Both the position numbers and the translations under genes were made by a program. A stretch of 63,871 nucleotides of DNA, filler included, from Octopus bimaculoides (lineage: Eukaryota), in the NCBI RefSeq assembly GCF_001194135.2. It is 9 parts of 7 records of this genome, joined end to end, with 100 filler letters (N's around TTAATTAATTAA, not from the genome) between each part and the next. Parts side by side here need not be neighbours in the genome. Positions count along the whole stretch, not along the records: positions 37,198 to 40,090 come from NC_069007.1; positions 40,191 to 57,696 come from NC_068983.1; 7 more parts are not named here. One strand, written 5' to 3'. Of the stretch, positions 39,531 to 53,520 are shown in pieces (position 1 is the stretch's first letter; each line of letters opens with the position of its first letter). The notes beneath the pieces were generated by a model. The model made no database searches. It worked only from the letters and a program-made list of their open reading frames with translations, and had not been told where the DNA came from.

Positions 39531-39534
39531 AGTG

Positions 39535-39964
39535 AAGACTATTTAAGCATTTTATCTGATCAAATTCATCCTATGGTTGCAGAACTGTTTCCGGAGGGAA
39601 ATGCAAGCTTTCAGGATGATAATACAACAATTCACACAGCTAAAGTTGTTAGCACAAGGAACATTCTAGGGAAGTTGAACATCTTATCTGGCCACCACAG
39701 TCCCCAAATATCAATATTATTGAACAATTATGGTGCATTTTAGAAAAAAAAAATTAAAGAGTCGAAATCCTCCACCATCAAGAACTGGAGAATGTTTTAG
39801 CTGTAGAATGGACAAAAATTCCTTTGAAAACAATTCAAACTTTATACGAGTCCATACCTCTTAGAATTCAAGCTGTAATTACTGCCAAAGGCGGTCCTAC
39901 CCCATAATAAAATAAATTTGTTTAAAATTTTAAGGTGTTTCCATAATTTTGTCCAATCCCTGTA
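39535..39964 (+). mobile_element. Tc1-like (DD34E) transposon 3' end
   Basis: SFQDDNTTIHTAKVV, LIWPPQSPNINIIEQLW and RIQAVITAKGGPT motifs; ends ...ttgtccaatccctg-TA. Confidence 0.85.
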
Positions 39965-40224
39965 TATTTATATATATATGTGTATAGAGTGTTAGGTGTG
40001 ATGTACAGAAATTGAATATTGAGAAAAAAAGTTGGTAGAATTTTGGAAAAAATTTCTTCATTATTGTTAGCGCTTTCATTTGTTTCTCGANNNNNNNNNN
40101 NNNNNNNNNNNNNNNNNNNNNNNNNNNNNNNNNNTTAATTAATTAANNNNNNNNNNNNNNNNNNNNNNNNNNNNNNNNNNNNNNNNNNNNATATATATAT
40201 ATATTATACATTATATTTTTTCCC

Positions 40225-40677
40225 TCTAGTTTAAGCTCAGAGATGTGGCCATGCTGATGCACCACCGTTTTGCTACACTGTTATTACCTCCTCCAATATG
40301 TGGCGCTTGGTGAAGAATGGAGTTTGATGTAGCTACCCACATTTGCACCTCTTACTGTGAGGTAGGTTCATCTTGGACTCTCGACAGGACGAGGTCCAGC
40401 TTTGATTTAGAAACGCCTACATCTACTTTGTGTAGGTTTCTCAGGCTCTTTGGGAGAATATTAAAATGTTGTGGGCCTCTGAAACCCAAGCAGTTGCAGT
40501 AACTGGTCCTGAAGCGTGATGGTGTTGCTGAGATCTTTGGCACTATGCAGTGTCGTCCCGTTCTGGCATTGGTGTAGCTTTCAATGCCAAAATTTGGCAC
40601 AATCCCTTCCAGGATCTTCCAGATGTATATTACTGCATACCTCTCCCGCCTTCACTCCAGGGAGTAGAGTCTTAGCT
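40225..40677 (-). mobile_element. CR1/L2-like LINE 3' end
   Basis: LYSLE*RRERYAVIYIWKILEG...FRGPQHFNILPKSLRNL...KLDLVLSRVQDEP. Confidence 0.75.
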
Positions 40678-40706
40678 ATATCTATCTGTATATGTATATA
40701 TGTGTG

Positions 40707-40757
<51 letters not shown>

Positions 40758-41236
40758 GTATATATATACACACAAACACATACATGATTGACTGTGTGCA
40801 TGCAACAAATGTACGAAATATGTGTGTGTGTGTGTGTGTGTGTGCAACAAAGATCCCTAAATTCCTGTTTTATTAAAACGATCTCTGTTGCTAGATGTAT
40901 CATAAGTACGAAACGACAGTTATAAGCATTCTACACATGAGAAGGGGAGATCATCTCAAGAAGCAAAGAGTCTGCAAAGTTCACATGCCATTAAAAAAAG
41001 GGGCAGTCCTATTGTTCGGACACAAAAGGATTGTCGTGGACATATATGTCTTGTTGAATAGTCTTCATCAGCACGACAACTGTTCAATCTAATCTCCAGC
41101 TGCCCCGCCTAAAGCTGAATGCAGTTTAGACTATCAATCTTCCGTGAGACACTTTTGCGAAGTTTGAAGTTCTTTTTCAATACTCTTGCATCGGCTCGAA
41201 GATCGTTATACTCAACGTTTACAGATGCTAGTCAAT

Positions 41237-41917
41237 TACATTATTTACATTCGACGGATATTTGTCCTCATCTTGTTTGTTGTAAACACATCGTTTCGGC
41301 TGATATAGCCTCAAGCCTGGGGAAATTTCGAACCTGGGTTCTCATTCCTAAAGTATTATTATTATTAGTGTTCAGGTCACTGCTTGGAATCGAACTCGGA
41401 ATCTTGGGGTTAGTAGCCCGCGCTCTTAACCACTACACCATATGCCTGTAGGCAATTATTGAGTGAATTTTAGGGCTTATAAATCTAATATTTTTCTAGC
41501 ATTCCTTAATACCGGTTCCCATATGCTGCTCATATCTGCACTCGGTCTGCTTCGGAGGTTATTGTGTCCCAGCATATGTGCTGCTTTTTTATTTGTATTT
41601 TCCAGTGGTGTTCTCTGTCTATTATTTTAACTTCATCCCACAGTGGGAGGTGGTCTCCATTATTCCATACCTGATCAGCTATACCCGATTTATCAATATC
41701 TCCTCGTGTCACAGCTTTGCGATGTTCGTCTACCCTTATTTTGAGGGGCGGCATGTTTGGCTTTGTATAACCTACCACAACTGAATGGGATGGAGTACAC
41801 GCAGTCTTTTGTCCTATTCTCTTCTATCGGTGATTTTACTCGAAAGAGATATTTGCGAAATGTTGTGTTAACAACAAACAAGATGAGGACAAATATCCGT
41901 CGAATGTAAATAATGTA
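41237..41917 (-). mobile_element. Penelope-like element: GIY-YIG endonuclease remnant with inverted termini
   Basis: CVYSIPFSCGRLY...LKIRVDEHRKAVTRGDIDKSGIADQVWNNGDHLPLWDEVKII. 54-bp inverted repeats at 41237-41290 and 41864-41917 with 1 mismatch. Confidence 0.85.
41374..41446 (-). other. tRNA-like Pol III promoter cassette (not a functional tRNA)
   Basis: ggcataTGGTGTAGTGGttaagagcgcgggctactaaccccaagattccGAGTTCGATTCC has A and B boxes, but the acceptor and anticodon stems do not pair fully. Confidence 0.6.
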
Positions 41918-42719
41918 AATAATGTACAGAATTCATCATCTCTTAAAGATAGAACTGTAGTGTACAACTTGTTTTGATGCAATTGCAGAAACATTTCTCA
42001 TTAACTTTCCAACAAAGCGGCATGTTTCACAACTAATTGCTTATTCTGGGATCGCGACATGCCATCAAATAAGGTAGTCGATGCTACAATGCCTTTCAGT
42101 TGCATCTTGGTGGTGAATGGAAATGGAGCATTCAATATCAGCAGACGATATTGCATAGTTTCTAAGACGAGGAATTTTTCTTTGTGATGAATGAAGAAAT
42201 TTTTAACAACTGGCGACAAATATCTCTGAGTAGATCTGAGTAGATCGAAGCGAAAATCATAGGGAAGGGTCATTTCAGGTTTGAATTATGATATCTAACA
42301 TATATCGTCTGCAGGCTAAGGGAGGAGATAAATATATTTTTTAGATAAATACGAACATTAGAACTCATTTCCAAGGAGATCTGGGTAATTTCCATACATA
42401 TTGCTGAAAATAGACAATGGAAAATTCGAACCAGATAAAGAAATTTTTTTCTGGAAACAGCTAGTAATATTTCATTTTCTAATGAAAAAAAAATTTGGCC
42501 TTACTAATCCTTTCCAATATTAACAGAAATGCAAGTTTTTGAGGAAAAGTACATTATTAGATAGAAAAAAACAAAACAAAATGTAAACAGTATCAAAATT
42601 AATTTTTGTAATAGCTACCGAGTAAGCAGCACTAAGACATGTCTACTCGAAAAAATCCTGACCGACTCTCGCAAAGTATTTCCAAATTCACTGTAATTTC
42701 CAGAAGTTACAACCTATTG

Positions 42720-43049
42720 AATAAATTAGGATCCATCATAATAGTTCAATAGAACAATACTGGCGAGTAAAAATACCAAGTCACATATAACTGGGCATAT
42801 GGATTTCGATTGTGGCAAAAACTGCATTCATTCCGAGAATCTCAACATATTCTTACCGATATGCCATTTCAGTTCAACATATTGCAAGACCCCACAATGC
42901 AAAGCTTCACTATAACAATTAAGAAATGCTCTTCTATCAGGGACAGCTACATTTTGGACGTTGCCGTGTTGGAAACAAGAGCAATGTTTATGTCAGTGTT
43001 CAACGAGAAAAAAACTAAGAACGTTGCTTACCATGAAGCCATTTGCTGA
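42720..43049 (+). mobile_element. Helitron Pif1-helicase C-terminal remnant
   Basis: Frameshifted AFIPRIS...TDMPFQF...F.ITI.K...FYQGQLHFGRCRVG...KTKNVAYHEA*, matching Helitron FIPRI...PFQFKRLQFP...FSHGQLYVACSRVG...TKNVVY. Confidence 0.65.
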
Positions 43050-43455
43050 AAACGTTTTCTCTTAGATCTGTAGTATAATATTCCTTTAAAATAGATTTGG
43101 ATAAAATTCCTTGACGATACATCAAAGTATTCTACTTTCTGATCATTTAATGTGAGAACAAGGCTACTGAACTTCATCAACTGGGAATCAGAATCGCTCA
43201 CGTCTCTATGATAATCCAGTTCTACACAGTAATATGAAAGCTTATATAAAACAGTAGTATTATATGGTATTGTATATTTAAATATGTATACACACACGCA
43301 CGAGCAAGAAATCTAGATATATATGATTATAGATATCTATCTAACTATCTGTCTGTCTATATATCTATCTTTATATATATATATATATATATCTTTATAT
43401 ATGTATATATATNNNNNNNNNNNNNNNNNNNNNNNNNNNNNNNNNNNNNNNNNNN

Positions 43456-43486
<31 letters not shown>

Positions 43487-44121
43487 ATATATGTACATAT
43501 ATATATGTATATATATATGCATATATATGTATATATATATATATGTGTGTATATATATATATAAAATATATGTGTATTGTATCGTTTTCTCGATATGTGT
43601 ATACGCCAATGCATGTTTTAGGTGTGCATAAGAATGATGCAAGCACGAATGTGTGTAAATGATTATTTAGTATCTGTCTGTACAAAATTATATTCGTATA
43701 ATATTCCTTTAAGAGAGATCAAAGTATTTTACTTTCCGATCTTTTTATGATGGAATAAGGACTGTTCTTTAGAAATTATATTACTTTGAGACGTCATGTG
43801 GAACCGTACTTGACGTTATTCTTTAGTTTATACTTTCAAGCTACAGAAAAAGTCCAGTCCCAGTGGCCTTTCATTGAAAGTCTATAATTCTTTATTACAT
43901 AGTCTTGTAGACTTGTATATCTTAGTAAGAAGGAAACAGAAAACGTTGATGTACATCTATTTCTCAAGGCTACGGAGTTTTTTTCACCTGAGAGTTAAAA
44001 ATCGCCCACGTCTTAGTTCAATGGTAATGTAACACTACACAATTACGTTAGCTATTTTATTTATTACTTTGAAAAGTGGCAATAAATATTTAGTCCTCTC
44101 TCTATTCGACGCAGTGGAAAC

Positions 44122-44164
<43 letters not shown>

Positions 44165-45759
44165 NNNNNNNNNNNNNNNNNNNNNNNNNNNNNNNNNNNN
44201 NNNNNNNNNNNNNNNNNNNNNNNNNNNNNNNNNNNNNNNNNNNNNNNNNNNNNNNNNNNNNNNNNNNNNNNNNNNNNNNNNNNNNNNNNNNNNNNNNNNN
44301 NNNNNNNNNNNNNNNNNNNNNNNNNNNNNNNNNNNNNNNNNNNNNNNNNNNNNNNNNNNNNNNNNNNNNNNNNNNNNNNNNNNNNNNNNNNNNNNNNNNN
44401 NNNNNNNNNNNNNNNNNNNNNNNNNNNNNNNNNNNNNNNNNNNNNNNNNNNNNNNNNNNNNNNNNNNNNNNNNNNNNNNNNNNNNNNNNNNNNNNNNNNN
44501 NNNNNNNNNNNNNNNNNNNNNNNNNNNNNNNNNNNNNNNNNNNNNNNNNNNNNNNNNNNNNNNNNNNNNNNNNNNNNNNNNNNNNNNNNNNNNNNNNNNN
44601 NNNNNNNNNNNNNNNNNNNNNNNNNNNNNNNNNNNNNNNNNAGTATGTAGCTCTTAAAACGGTTTATATTTATTTACAGAAAATACCGAACTGTCTTACA
44701 GAGGATCTTGTTTTTAGGAATTCCCAATAAGTTATGAATACCCAAATTGTGAAGCCTGTTATGTCATAACATAAAATTAGTTACCCGATAGAATGAATTC
44801 AAATAAAGTAACACTGGAAAGGGCTTTAATGCGTTCCCAGAGTATATAGAACACAGTAGGAAATACTAAGAAGATATGTATAGTAAAATCGTGAAGAATG
44901 TTACGAAATAACAGGCTAATCAGGTATGAGATAATAACAATTCAAAGTAAATAACTCTGAAAAGGGATTTTGCGCGTTCCCAGAGAATGTTACCCTCCGG
45001 GGCGCTAGTGTTGGTATATTCGTGAATGAGTCACTAACCAAAATATATGGATCTATTGTTTAGGAAAATGTTATTTACTTGATTAAGGCTTGTAATGGAT
45101 AAATTGCGAAAATAACTCTAACAGTTCAAATGCTAAGAAATAAGCATACTCAATTTCATTTTTACCAAATAATTTAGGAAAATGTATGGGTTATTTCCCT
45201 TGGTTTTTAAAATTAAATATGTTACATATATATAGGGATCCCTTCGAGGGGCCCTATTATTGAGTTTTTTTCAACTATCTGAGTATGCCATGAAGTTTCC
45301 AAACATGAGTCCTTCTAGCGTGTTAAGTTTCATCGAAATCGATAAAACCATGTAGGAGAAGCTAGCTGACAACTCCACAAACACACCCACAGACAGAATT
45401 TTCCACATATGTAGTATGTATAGGGAAGAGGATTTGAAAATGCAGAACCCTTTTAAAGATGTTTATTGACTTGACCGGTTTCATTTTAAAAAAAAACACA
45501 AAGATTTTCAATAGTAAAATGGTAAAATGTAAGGCTTTGTGTAGCCTTTGTGGTGTTAAAAAATGATTATCATTGATGCATTGACAATGATAAGAAAATG
45601 TTAAGAGGGGCTTTGTGTTTAAATAGTTTACATAAAAGTATTCAAAATAGGTAGTAAAATAAATTGGTCGTTGATGTAACCGTCTCCTCACCAATTTGTC
45701 CCTGATATACTGATAATATCTTCCCCTATTAATGTATCTCGCTTTCCTTCCCTATTCAG

Positions 45760-46150
45760 AGTTCAGAGATTCTACATGCCTATTCTAAGTTTCATCTGGC
45801 ACAATTTCAGATATGCCTTCCTGACTGACCATTCTGTTTGATTTGAGCCAAATTTGGTTTTACGGTCATGCCTACTTCCTTGCTGAGGTTTCTCTTCTTT
45901 ATAATCTTCGACAAGGTTATCCACAAGGATCTCATATATCTTCAGTGTTAATGATTGCTTCTATTTGAATTTTCATTGGCATTTCTTTTGGATAGTACGT
46001 GATAGGGCTACAATCCTTTTCACGATGATAGGCCGATGTCATTTTCGTGACTCTCCGTGTCATTTACCTTATCATCACCAACACCAATTCTACGTCTTCA
46101 AGTCCATTCCCCAGCTTTGTTCTTCTGCACTCACCATAGTTGAAGCTTTC
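45760..46150 (-). mobile_element. Highly degenerate LINE AP-endonuclease remnant
   Basis: NAKLGNG-like and GS(D/N)HRMV-like motifs after allowing frameshifts. Confidence 0.35.
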
Positions 46151-47329
46151 GTGTAATTAAGGCAAGCTTAACCATTGGGTTCATTCACATAGTTTAGCTG
46201 GTCAGTGAAAATTAGGATCCAAGTTGTGGCCATTGCTGTTAACCACAATAACCGTGGAGTAATAAGTGAACCAGATGGACAGATGGAAACCTAATAGGGT
46301 TCTGGTCAACGTTGGAAGGTAAGTGAGTGTCTCTCTTTGTGCAATATCGTGAGCATTTGTAATCTCCTCTTCCTATGTATGTTTGTATGTATGTATGTAT
46401 GTATGTATGTATGTATGTGTGTGTGTGTGTATCTAAGTATGTATGTATAGATAGATAGATAGATAGAGAGATAGGTATATAGATAGATTGATAGATAGGT
46501 AGATCGCTCGCAGGACAGACGGATGCAGAGAGAGAAATAGGGAGTCAGAGGCATAAAGAAATAGAGATAGATAGATAAACAGATAGATAGAGATGTCTAT
46601 ACATATATCGATATACCAATATATATGGTTTGCGTTTGCATATGTATACATACTATGTAAACATACTCGTATGTATGCGAATGTAAATGTGTATATGCGT
46701 TAATATGTATAAATGTTTGTTTGTGTTATGGAAAATTATATATATCAATGTTTGTGTGTATATGTGTCTGCATGAGTGTGTTCGTGTGTGTGTGTGTGTG
46801 TGTATATGTATGAGGGTGTGTGTGTGGGTTGTGTGTGTGTGTGTGGGGTGTATGTGTGTGTGGGTGTGTGTGTATGTGTGGAAACTTTTAGATGTTAGAA
46901 TAAAAGATTATTCAATAGGTTTTACAGAAGAATGATAGTTATGAATATTTACAACCAGTAGGTCGACAGTTGGTTGTAAAACTTAAGAAGTGTGTGTGGG
47001 TGGGGGTATATNNNNNNNNNNNNNNNNNNNNNNNNNNNNNNNNNNNNNNNNNNNNNNNNNNNNNNNNNNNNNNNNNNNNNNNNNNNNNNNNNNNNNNNNN
47101 NNNNNNNNNNNNNNNNNNNNNNNNNNNNNNNNNNNNNNNNNNNNNNNNNNNNNNNNNNNNNNNNNNNNNNNNNNNNNNNNNNNNNNNNNNNNNNNNNNNN
47201 NNNNNNNNNNNNNNNNNNNNNNNNNNNNNNNNNNNNNNNNNNNNNNNNNNNNNNNNNNNNNNNNNNNNNNNNNNNNNNNNNNNNNNNNNNNNNNNNNNNN
47301 NNNNNNNNNNNNNNNNNNNNNNNNNNNNN

Positions 47330-47361
<32 letters not shown>

Positions 47362-47364
47362 TCA

Positions 47365-47418
<54 letters not shown>

Positions 47419-48369
47419 TATATGTATATATGCATATATACACCCAGAAATGTACAACCGTCTGTATATCAATCTATGTATGTGTCTATATATAGGTATA
47501 CATATATATAGACATATACATAATATACAAGTTATATGTCTGCATTGTATGCGTGGATATGTGGGAGTCTATAACATAATATATCCTGATTAACTATGGG
47601 GAGAAAACAATTCAAGGTATAATTTATTTTGTTGAGTTTAATTTTCTTTACTGATATTGCCAGTTTGGCGAGCATCATAGCTGATTTGGTGGGTAAACTT
47701 TGAATGACAAATGCCGTATATAACGAGTATGGGTGTTATAGGCGGTGACTGAATTTGAACTATTGCTGACGAGGGTCACTGCTGAGAAATAATAAACAAA
47801 TATGCCTCTGACAGCCAAAACGAATGGATAAAATATGAAAAGTGTTATGGATATAAATATTCATATTAAGAACAACCTTTCATAAGAATCATATATAGAC
47901 CTGTATAGACATATAGACACACATATACGCTTAGATACGTATATATATANNNNNNNNNNNNNNNNNNNNNNNNNNNNNNNNNNNNNNNNNNNNNNNNNNN
48001 NNNNNNNNNNNNNNNNNNNNNNNNNNNNNNNNNNNNNNNNNNNNNNNNNNNNNNNNNNNNNNNNNNNNNNNNNNNNNNNNNNNNNNNNNNNNNNNNNNNN
48101 NNNNNNNNTATACATACACCGACCAATATATATATATATATGTGTATAATTTATGTGTGCGTGTGTATAAATTCAAACGTAAGACTAATATATAACAAAT
48201 ATTATTTCATGCATGCATATTTTGTTTCCAAATGAATTAAATTTTTAGCAATCATACTCGTACACACAAACATGCTAAAGCGTACAACACATCACTGGGC
48301 GCATACATGTAATGCTAAATAAATTAGTGTTCCTCATACTAACAAGATATTAATCTATCGTCACATGAA

Positions 48370-48570
48370 GGAAGCGAGATGGCAGAACAGTTAGCACGCA
48401 GGCCAAAATGATTTCGTCCGTCATTAATTTCTGAGTTCATATTCTGCCGAGGGTCGACATTACTTTCATGATTTCCTGGTCAATAAAATAAGTACCTGTG
48501 GCGAACTGGTGTCAATGTAATCAACGTATCTTTTTCTCCTGAAATTTCTGGCCTTTCCCGAAATTTGAAA
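48370..48570 (+). mobile_element. SINE family A
   Basis: gcgagatggcagaacagttagcacg...ctgagttcatattctgccgagg. Confidence 0.7.
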
Positions 48571-49591
48571 CCAATATATGTTCACATTGAATTGAACGTT
48601 ATTTCACTTTATTATTTACCCTTTTATTTTTGACACGTTTTAGTCATTGCACTGCGGTCATACTGGCGAACCACCTTGATGTCATTAGGAGAACATTATC
48701 ACCTCCAATATTTATAATTCTAGTATATTTATGTGTTTGTGTGTGCGTGTGTGTGCGCGAACACACACATACACACACACACACACACATACCAGTGCGT
48801 CGCAAATGAAAAAATGGCACTCAACACATTCAGCAGGAGCTACATGTATTTGACTGTAAGTCGAATGGAGCCAAATCTAACTCTTTTAAATAGTATTCAT
48901 CCATCCATCCATCCATACATACATACATACATGCATTCATACACACATACATAGATATTGTATGTATCTATGCATGTAGAACACGTTATTCAAAATGTGA
49001 TTAGACACTGTGTACGCAACCACTTTTTCTCGAATTCTGTCCAGCTGCGTGAAAATTTGAGCGTCTTCTAAAGCCCTGGCCCGAGTAACAGGGGCTTAAG
49101 CAATTTGATAAAGGAATTTGATAAAAGAAAAACACATGAAAACACGTAATGTGTATACACACACATACCCACAAACACACACCAAAACACGTTCACACAC
49201 ACATACACACTCACACACATACAAACTCATATATATACACACGTTTACATACTTCTAACATATGTATGTATGTATAGCTATGTACGTGTGCGCGTTACGG
49301 TGGTGAGCCACCGAAAACTTGAGGATAGATGTTGGTTTGTTTCGGAGACGGGATTTTAATATTTCAACTAAACATACTCTTGAAATAAATATCTGATTTA
49401 TGAATAAATAAATAAATAAATAGTGAGTACGATACGTTCGGCTGACGACTTCAACATGTTTCATGCACTTGACCGAGGTCCAGTGACTAAAATAAGGAAA
49501 AGGATAGAATCATATGTAAATAGCTGGTGTAATGTACAACCCAATGTGAGGATAATTATGTCACGTTTATTATAAGTAACAACATTATATT

Positions 49592-49643
<52 letters not shown>

Positions 49644-52600
49644 NNNNNNNNNNNNNNNNNNNNNNNNNNNNNNNNNNNNNNNNNNNNNNNNNNNNNNNNN
49701 NNNNNNNNNNNNNNNNNNNNNNNNNNNNNNNNNNNNNNNNNNNNNNNNNNNNNNNNNNNNNNNNNNNNNNNNNNNNNNNNNNNNNNNNNNNNNNNNNNNN
49801 NNNNNNNNNNNNNNNNNNNNNNNNNNNNNNNNNNNNNNNNNNNNNNNNNNNNNNNNNNNNNNNNNNNNNNNNNNNNNNNNNNNNNNNNNNNNNNNNNNNN
49901 NNNNNNNNNNNNNNNNNNNNNNNNNNNNNNNNNNNNNNNNNNNNNNNNNNNNNNNNNNNNNNTATATATATATATATATATATATTGGTGGTCGAAAAGA
50001 TCATGCGTTCAATCCGAATATGTTGCATGTTAAGAATTGTTTTTACATAGTTTTATATAACTCCGAAACTTATGAATGAATTTGAAGTGACATAAACATT
50101 ATGAATGCATATTGTATGTATTGAAAGTGCAATTTCAGCGTCCAGTACTGTTACACTGTGTCACGTTGATATTGCCAAAGAAATATAGTGAGCCTTCAAA
50201 GATACAGGCGTCTGTAAAACCTTCAGCTACATATACACCAAATCAAAGATCAAGCTACTTCATTTCGTTAAAATTCTGAATGCTCTTCGTCGCAACCGAC
50301 AAAATTCCATTTCTTCGTTCCATATCGGTAAACGAAACTAGTATTTTCCTGATAAGTTTTCGACATATCTTGCTCACATCTTATTAAAATTATACACCAA
50401 TTATATTTTCATTTCGAATTTATGCATTTAAATTTAGGTGAGAAATCCAATAATTTACATGCATGTTTTATCTTCTTGGTGGGATTAGCTTGCTAAAAAG
50501 CGTTCAAGAGCAATTTATTTTAGATTAGTATTCAGCTGAAAGATATGCCTATCAATACCAGATAACAATATGCCATCAGAAGCAGCAGACTGACTGGATT
50601 TGACATATCATTTTACAGTTTCTATTAATGACTATTTAAAGAAGATTGTCCGCCGTGGTTGCAATAATGCTTCGTATATTGAAATAGATATCAATTCCAT
50701 GACACATACACACATGTGTACATAAAGTAGGCAAAGAAAGAGAGAAAGGAAATGATAAACAGACCTTTGGGAACCGTTATTGTGTTGTATACCGTTTGCA
50801 TTAGAATTCAACAAAAGGATTTTTGTAATTGCATATCATAATAAACATCTATTGGAAGTGATTCCGTGTAAATATGACAAAACAAATGTTTAACTTTTTG
50901 CTTGTTTGATTTATGTTGTATTTGTTATTTAATGATGGCAAAAGATGTCAAATAGACAGATGCAAATATATTTTGAATATCCAAAACACGGCCATGCAAG
51001 CATGCAAATAGAGGGATATAAATTATAGAAACGACAGAGAAAAATGTGTCGTATGCTTGAAGATATTTTATTCTTTGCATATATAGTTTTCTGCTCTCAC
51101 GTGGAAAACAACTTCTGATTTATTTCTGCTCGAACTGGATGACTTTATTGTTCCCTATCCAAGAAAGAATACAAATTAGAAATAGAAATGAATCACTGAT
51201 AAAATTTGGGTGAACGGCAAAATTAGATAGCTTACATAACTCGTTTGGTATTGGCCTGGTTTAGGTTCAACAAACAGCATATCATATCTTGTTTTACCTT
51301 CTGCAATTATGGACTAGCAACATTCGTTATATTTCTCAACGCGTTATAAACTGTACCTATAAAGGAAACGAAATATGGCCTAGAATAATGATTATGAACA
51401 GAAAACTTTCATTCATACGTGTTTTGAATAAATTAACTGTTCTGAGTTCTAATTTTTTCAGAGTCGATATTGTATTTCATATATCCAATCGAAAGCAAAT
51501 CACCAAGTAATGCAGTGTTTAAGTTATTTGATTATACGCTGCCGTCATGAATTTTCCATATACATAAACAATTGATTCATTTATTGACTTCAGTACTATT
51601 CCTTGTGTGTTCATTGCTTATTAGGCGAAACGCATATATAAGTAATCTTGTATTATAATTAGGAAATAAAATTAGGATGCAAACGAAAACCTGGATTATG
51701 AAATATAAATCGAATTAAAAAGGAAACAAATATAGCTGCAATGAAATCACAATATCTTTATTATTTCTTCCTTACCCAACGCCATATAATTCGAGCAAAC
51801 AAGGAAGCCTATACGTATCCTCTCGACATGCTAAAAATAGCAGCCATATGTTTCTCTATAAACTTTAAAAGGAAGGACGCATTAGATAATCTAGTCCTAG
51901 TTACCAATAGCAGATGGAATGCCTTTAATAACAGTTCTACATAATTAGACATGATATTGAGTTGAGAAACACATAATTTTAAAGTCCTTTAGTAAAAATC
52001 TTCCAGTTCACTGCGTTTTAGCTTACAACTGAGGTGGGTTTATATTTGTAAGAAAACTTCTTCGCCTGTTAATGATATAACAAATCTGACATTATGTGTT
52101 GTCACTTAGTTTTTGACATATGTCTGGACATTCGAGACTGATCGAATATATTTCGTTGCGATGTTCAATAAGCCAGTTTTCCTTCTCCAGTGATGCGTAT
52201 TTAAGAAATTATAGTCGCATCGTAGTACTATGTCAGAGGGATGTGCTAATATTATTGTTGTTGTTGTTTGTGTTGTCGTCATAGCTGTTGTATAACCAGA
52301 AGTTAGATCTGTACCAAAAGATATTTAATCAAAGGAATTTCATCGGTGTAGCCTTGGCCTTGACTATAATAACAAAAACAAATAGATAAAACTAAAGAAC
52401 ACCTTTTTTTTCTAATATGGTGCTCTGAAGTTAAGTTTGGTTGGTTTAGAAATTCAATTATTCATTGCATGACTTCATTCTATACAAGTTTGAAAATAAA
52501 ATGAATTAACGTGTCCTGTTTCTTCAAACATACTTTCGTTCTCGGTAATAGATATCAAACTATTTTCCTGAGCAAAAAGAAAATGCAACGTGAATTAATC

Positions 52601-53164
52601 AGCTAACTTAGCAATCAATTAAAATAGTAGTTTCTTTTGACGAAGCAGAAGAAAAATAAAAATCGTTCTTCGGAAGTAGAAATTGGTTGTTGTGACGTCA
52701 GCGATTCCCAAGGGCATTAGAAAAGTCAAAGAGTTAGGGTTCAAATCGGAATGAAAATTAAGTTGGATTCTTGACTTGTAGAGACCTTATCATTTGCCCT
52801 ACTTCTCGCCAAATAATAGTTACTGTTTATGGAGATAATAGTAGCAATGTTCTGCTTAACGAAACTACTGACAGAGCAGACTGATGTATGATAACGGTCC
52901 TTCTATCAGTCACCTTCGCAGTGCTTTATCGAATTACAGAATTTAACTTTAATTTTCGAGGCGGTTTGGCTCCTCTTTCATTCATGCCAGAGCACCACAT
53001 AAACGTTTCTCGTGGACTCAAATTAATTATTATTTTTTAATGCAAATACAATGCACACAGCATGGGAACAGTTAGTTAAATCAATATATAACTCCAGTAC
53101 TTCTTATTTTATCAATCTCTGAAGAAAGGAAACCCATATTAATATTGCTGGTATTTGAACATAA

Positions 53165-53520
53165 ATGCGTATGGCTTAATGGTTAGAGCGTCGAGATTAC
53201 ATACTATCGTGAAATTCTAAGTTCAATTCTTGGACTGGGCTGTGTGTTGTGTTCTTGAGCAAAACACTTTATTTCACGTTGCTAGTTCACTCAGATGCAG
53301 AAATGAGTTGCAACGTCATTGGCGTCAAGCTCTATTGGCCGTTACCTTTCCATTGGATAACATCGGTGTTATGAAGAGAGGAGACTGGTATGCACGGGTA
53401 AGTGCTGATCTTCCGCAAGTAACATTTCCCAGACTTGTGCCTCTGAGAGAACATTCTAGGTGCAATCCGTGGTTATTCCTGACAGGAGCAGGGACGAGCT
53501 TACACTTTTTATATGAATAT
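53165..53520 (+). mobile_element. tRNA-derived SINE, family C
   Basis: tggcttaatggttagagcg (A box), aagttcaattc (B box), gttgtgttcttgagcaaaacactt core. Confidence 0.7.

Noticed and set aside
41374-41446. Possible tRNA gene
   Set aside because: Acceptor and anticodon stems do not pair; treated as a tRNA-derived cassette. The same applies to the SINE heads and to 63060-63135.
43028-43070. Apparent minus exon with a gtaagc donor
   Set aside because: It overlaps the plus-strand end of the Helitron helicase remnant, which explains the sequence.
44795-44990. ~50-bp imperfect direct repeat at ~143-bp spacing (CRISPR- or satellite-like)
   Set aside because: Only two diverged units in eukaryotic DNA; not an array.
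46290-46325. GFWS peptide with a gtaagt donor, resembling SNF8 'KGFWSE'
   Set aside because: The context LIGFWSTLEGK* does not continue as LGVGDFYYE, and there is no suitable acceptor or phase.
50149-50211. Minus 63-bp frame ACIFEGSLYFFGNINVTQCN, VWC-like
   Set aside because: Weak donor and the remaining cysteines of a VWC domain are missing.
51776-51830. 55-bp minus pseudo-exon with good splice signals
   Set aside because: No recognisable peptide and no supported linkage to other exons.
52693-52700. TGACGTCA CRE palindrome
   Set aside because: A single 8-mer is expected by chance in 64 kb, with no promoter context.
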